In this document: in pieces, positions 35,201 through 37,676 of the stretch
Position numbering within the stretch: position 1 is the first letter of the stretch
Layout of the letters: each line of letters starts with the position of its first letter
Assembly (NCBI GenBank): GCA_009602725.1
Contig: WELB01000003.1
Coordinates: 31,472-69,147 of the forward strand
Reading direction: 5' to 3'
Length of the DNA stretch: 37,676 bases
Source of the DNA: Spirogloea muscicola
Lineage: Eukaryota
The notes under the pieces: model-generated
Database searches by the model: none
What the model was told of the DNA's origin: nothing
The model's input: the letters and a program-made list of their open reading frames with translations, nothing else
Translations under genes and position numbers: made by a program

Positions 35201-37676
35201 CCGTTGCGCAGTGTGACCAGGAGCAGCACGGCGCCCTTCTCGCGGCCCACCGCGTCGCAGACTGCCCTGCTGCTGGACAACTCGAGCAGCAGCGCCATGG
35301 CAGCCTCTGCGAGCTGCCCGCCGCGCGCCAGGCACTTGACCACCTCCCGCACACCGCCCGCCTCCACCACCTCATCCTGCCCACAAAGGACTCCTTGACT
35401 CCATCAGATGTCAGCCTCATCCCTCAGCCTGCCATATCCACGAGTTGATCGACCTGAGCAGCACATGATCTGCAAGCTGATGCGCGTACACCCATGAAAA
35501 TGATACGAGTTGCTGTAGTCAAAAGTCAAAGTCCTGATTGTCCCTCTTAATTCATACATAACCAGTCAGTCTGTGGCAGTTATCAGGACCAGTATTCCAC
35601 ACCCTTAGTCTATATGGAGACAGTCATGCTTGATAAATGCCAACCTTGACTTTGCTGCTATTCTCCGTCAGTGCGAGGAGCATAGCCAGGCACGCGGCCT
35701 TCACCTCCGCCAAAGGCGAGGCCCTCAGGGTATGCACAATGTCGCCGATAAGACCCTCAGCTAATATGCGGGCTTTGTATGTGTCTTTGCTTGCAGCCAG
35801 CCTGCCGCCATGCACATCATGCTATCAGCAAATCAGCAATTTTACATCCCATCGCAAGGTATGTATTGTAGCAAGACTGTCAGACAAGGACGAAATGCAG
35901 CATGCAACCAGGGGGTTGATGGATGAAAAGACACAAGCTTCATGTCGTGTACTTAAGGCTCAGAGCTTTGGTCTAATGCTAAAGAGGACAACAAAAGAGG
36001 TAAAGCAGACCATGAGTGTCGGGGTTACGAGCCTTGAGAGCTCGTCGAGTGCAGACAGTAGCTGGATCTCGGTGGCGACTGCGGAGCGAAGGGCCGACCG
36101 TGAAGCGCCAATGGCCTCAAAGGCACAGTGGTCCCTCCACTTCTCGATCGAGCACCGAAGGTCGTCATGGGGCCGCAGTTGCAGGTCAGGCAGGCGCTGG
36201 TGCAGAATTGGATCCCGTTGGTTGCCTGCTGCCAGCCACGCCTCGATCGCCTCACGTTCGTAAGTGTGCCCCAGCGCTGTCTGGCGCAGAAGCAAGCAAT
36301 GCCTCGTCTCTGTGAGTACAAAGTCTGGGGTTGTAGTCTGGGGTTACAGGTCCGCTTCAGTTCGAAATCCTTAGACCATATACCCCGCACTACAACTGCT
36401 TGTCTGAAGCATATCTTACACAGTGACCTGATTACTTAGTCCACTCGGCATCTTGTGGTAAACTGCTGTAAGGCCACCTTCACCTGCACAGGGTTGCTCA
36501 TGATCTGGTGCGTGAGAGGGCAGATGAAAGCCGGCAACGGGTCTTTCCCAGGGGGGCGCTGGCTGCGATTGCCGCTTCTGCCACCGCCTCCACCTCCGGC
36601 ACGCAGTAAAGATGTGCCACCTGCAGCACTGTCCCTGCTGGAGGGCTTGCCACTGCTTGTTGGTGCAGCAGCTCGGCGATTCATAGCCGCATTGTCCTCC
36701 CGAGAGAGAGCAGCAGCAGCTGTCACAGCTCCCTCGGCGCGCTGCAGCAGCTCCAGGATGCGCTCCAGGAGCACCGCCTCATCACCATCACCGCGCACAT
36801 CGACCGCCAGCTTCTCCCGCCTGCCCGATGCACGTGCAGTGGAACCTCAGGAGCGACAATTGGCGACGCTTCGCTGTCACTCGCTATCTCCAGCAAGCTC
36901 CGCAGCTACGGCAGCTGTCATACTTGACTGCAACAAACCTGACGGCGGCTATCTCGTCCCTGAGGGCCGCTGGCTCCATGGGCAGGCCGGCCACGCCGGC
37001 AACCTCCCAGAGCTGGTCGTCAGCGAGCCCCGCTTCCGGCATAGGAACCTCCAGCGCAGCCTCCAGGAGCCTGTCCGCCGCCTGCGCTTCGACGTCGGTG
37101 GCCTGCAGCCCAAGCTCCGCTAAGGATTTGCGTCAGCTTCAGACCCTGTAGTGTGAAGTCTTCAAGGAGCACCCCGCAGTCAGAGGGCGAGCCCACCAAG
37201 GGCCGCGGCGCCATCAATGGCGGCAATGGCGCACGCAGCACCGCCTGACCTGAAAGCTGGCGTGCCTCATGTCAGCCTGCAGCCGCAGCACGTCGTCCTG
37301 CTCCTCCACTGTGAGCTGCATGCAGAGAAGCCGTCAGGAGGCGGCCGCTTTCCCGGCCGTCAGGCGCCGAGCGCAACAATCCTGGCCCAGGGCAGATTCT
37401 GCAACGCGATGACGACGCCAGGAGCACGGCAAGCGAGGGCCGGCGCCGCCGCCAGGCACGGACCTCGGTGGCAGCCAGCGGCAGCATCTGGAGAGAGCAC
37501 CCGATCTCGCGCGCGCACGTCTGGACTTCCGCTTCAGTGGCGCGGCACCGCAGCAGCAGCACCAGCTTGGCGGCGCCGCGCGCGGCCTCTGCGGCGGCCT
37601 GGACGCGCGCCAGCTCCCTCTGCGCGCGACGCGCCGGCGGAAGCGGCGGGCCTCAGGCAGGCCGAGCGCTGGCGGC
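32288..37676 (-). CDS. U-box/ARM-repeat E3 ligase B, PUB43/PUB44-like paralogue; 5' end beyond the window
   Basis: U-box PLPAFICPLTHQIMSNPVQ/TALGHTYEREAIEAWL...RPHDDLRCSIEKW, ARM repeats (NVLQMAAANLFQPY, GAIPLLVDLL), CNVHRVPC...FCLVQA, C-terminus AARVIVQLGLLKGDSSFF*. Confidence 0.9.

Overview
Eukaryotic, GC-rich, intron-dense nuclear DNA. The gene set (QWRF/AUG8, RabA5, FIP, plastid-type glutathione reductase, SAUL1/PUB44-type U-box proteins) points to a streptophyte, most plausibly an alga; this is inferred, not verified. Bases 1-6375 are a nested retroelement cluster. It holds at least five pieces of a CRE-like non-LTR retrotransposon (RT plus CCHC plus restriction-like endonuclease, a conserved 3' hairpin, a (TTC)n tail) inserted into one another. 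One piece is interrupted by a 2.03-kb non-autonomous Copia-like LTR element with complete cis-signals, whose gag and RT remnants are expanded as tandem repeats. Bases 7267-37676 are a compact block of spliced genes: PDK-like kinase (-), QWRF/AUG8 (+), RabA5-like (-), proline iminopeptidase (-), glutathione reductase (+), FIP (-), PUB44-like A (-), DUF4336 (+) and PUB44-like B (-). Two N-gaps fall at divergent promoters. Oddities are PDK and QWRF abutting head-to-head with no recognisable 5' ends, in-frame TAA codons in PUB-A and probably FIP, three likely GC-AG introns, and an orphan retroelement-like 3' end at 23.4 kb. I found no unambiguous new biological system; the retroelement cluster is the best candidate for undescribed biology.
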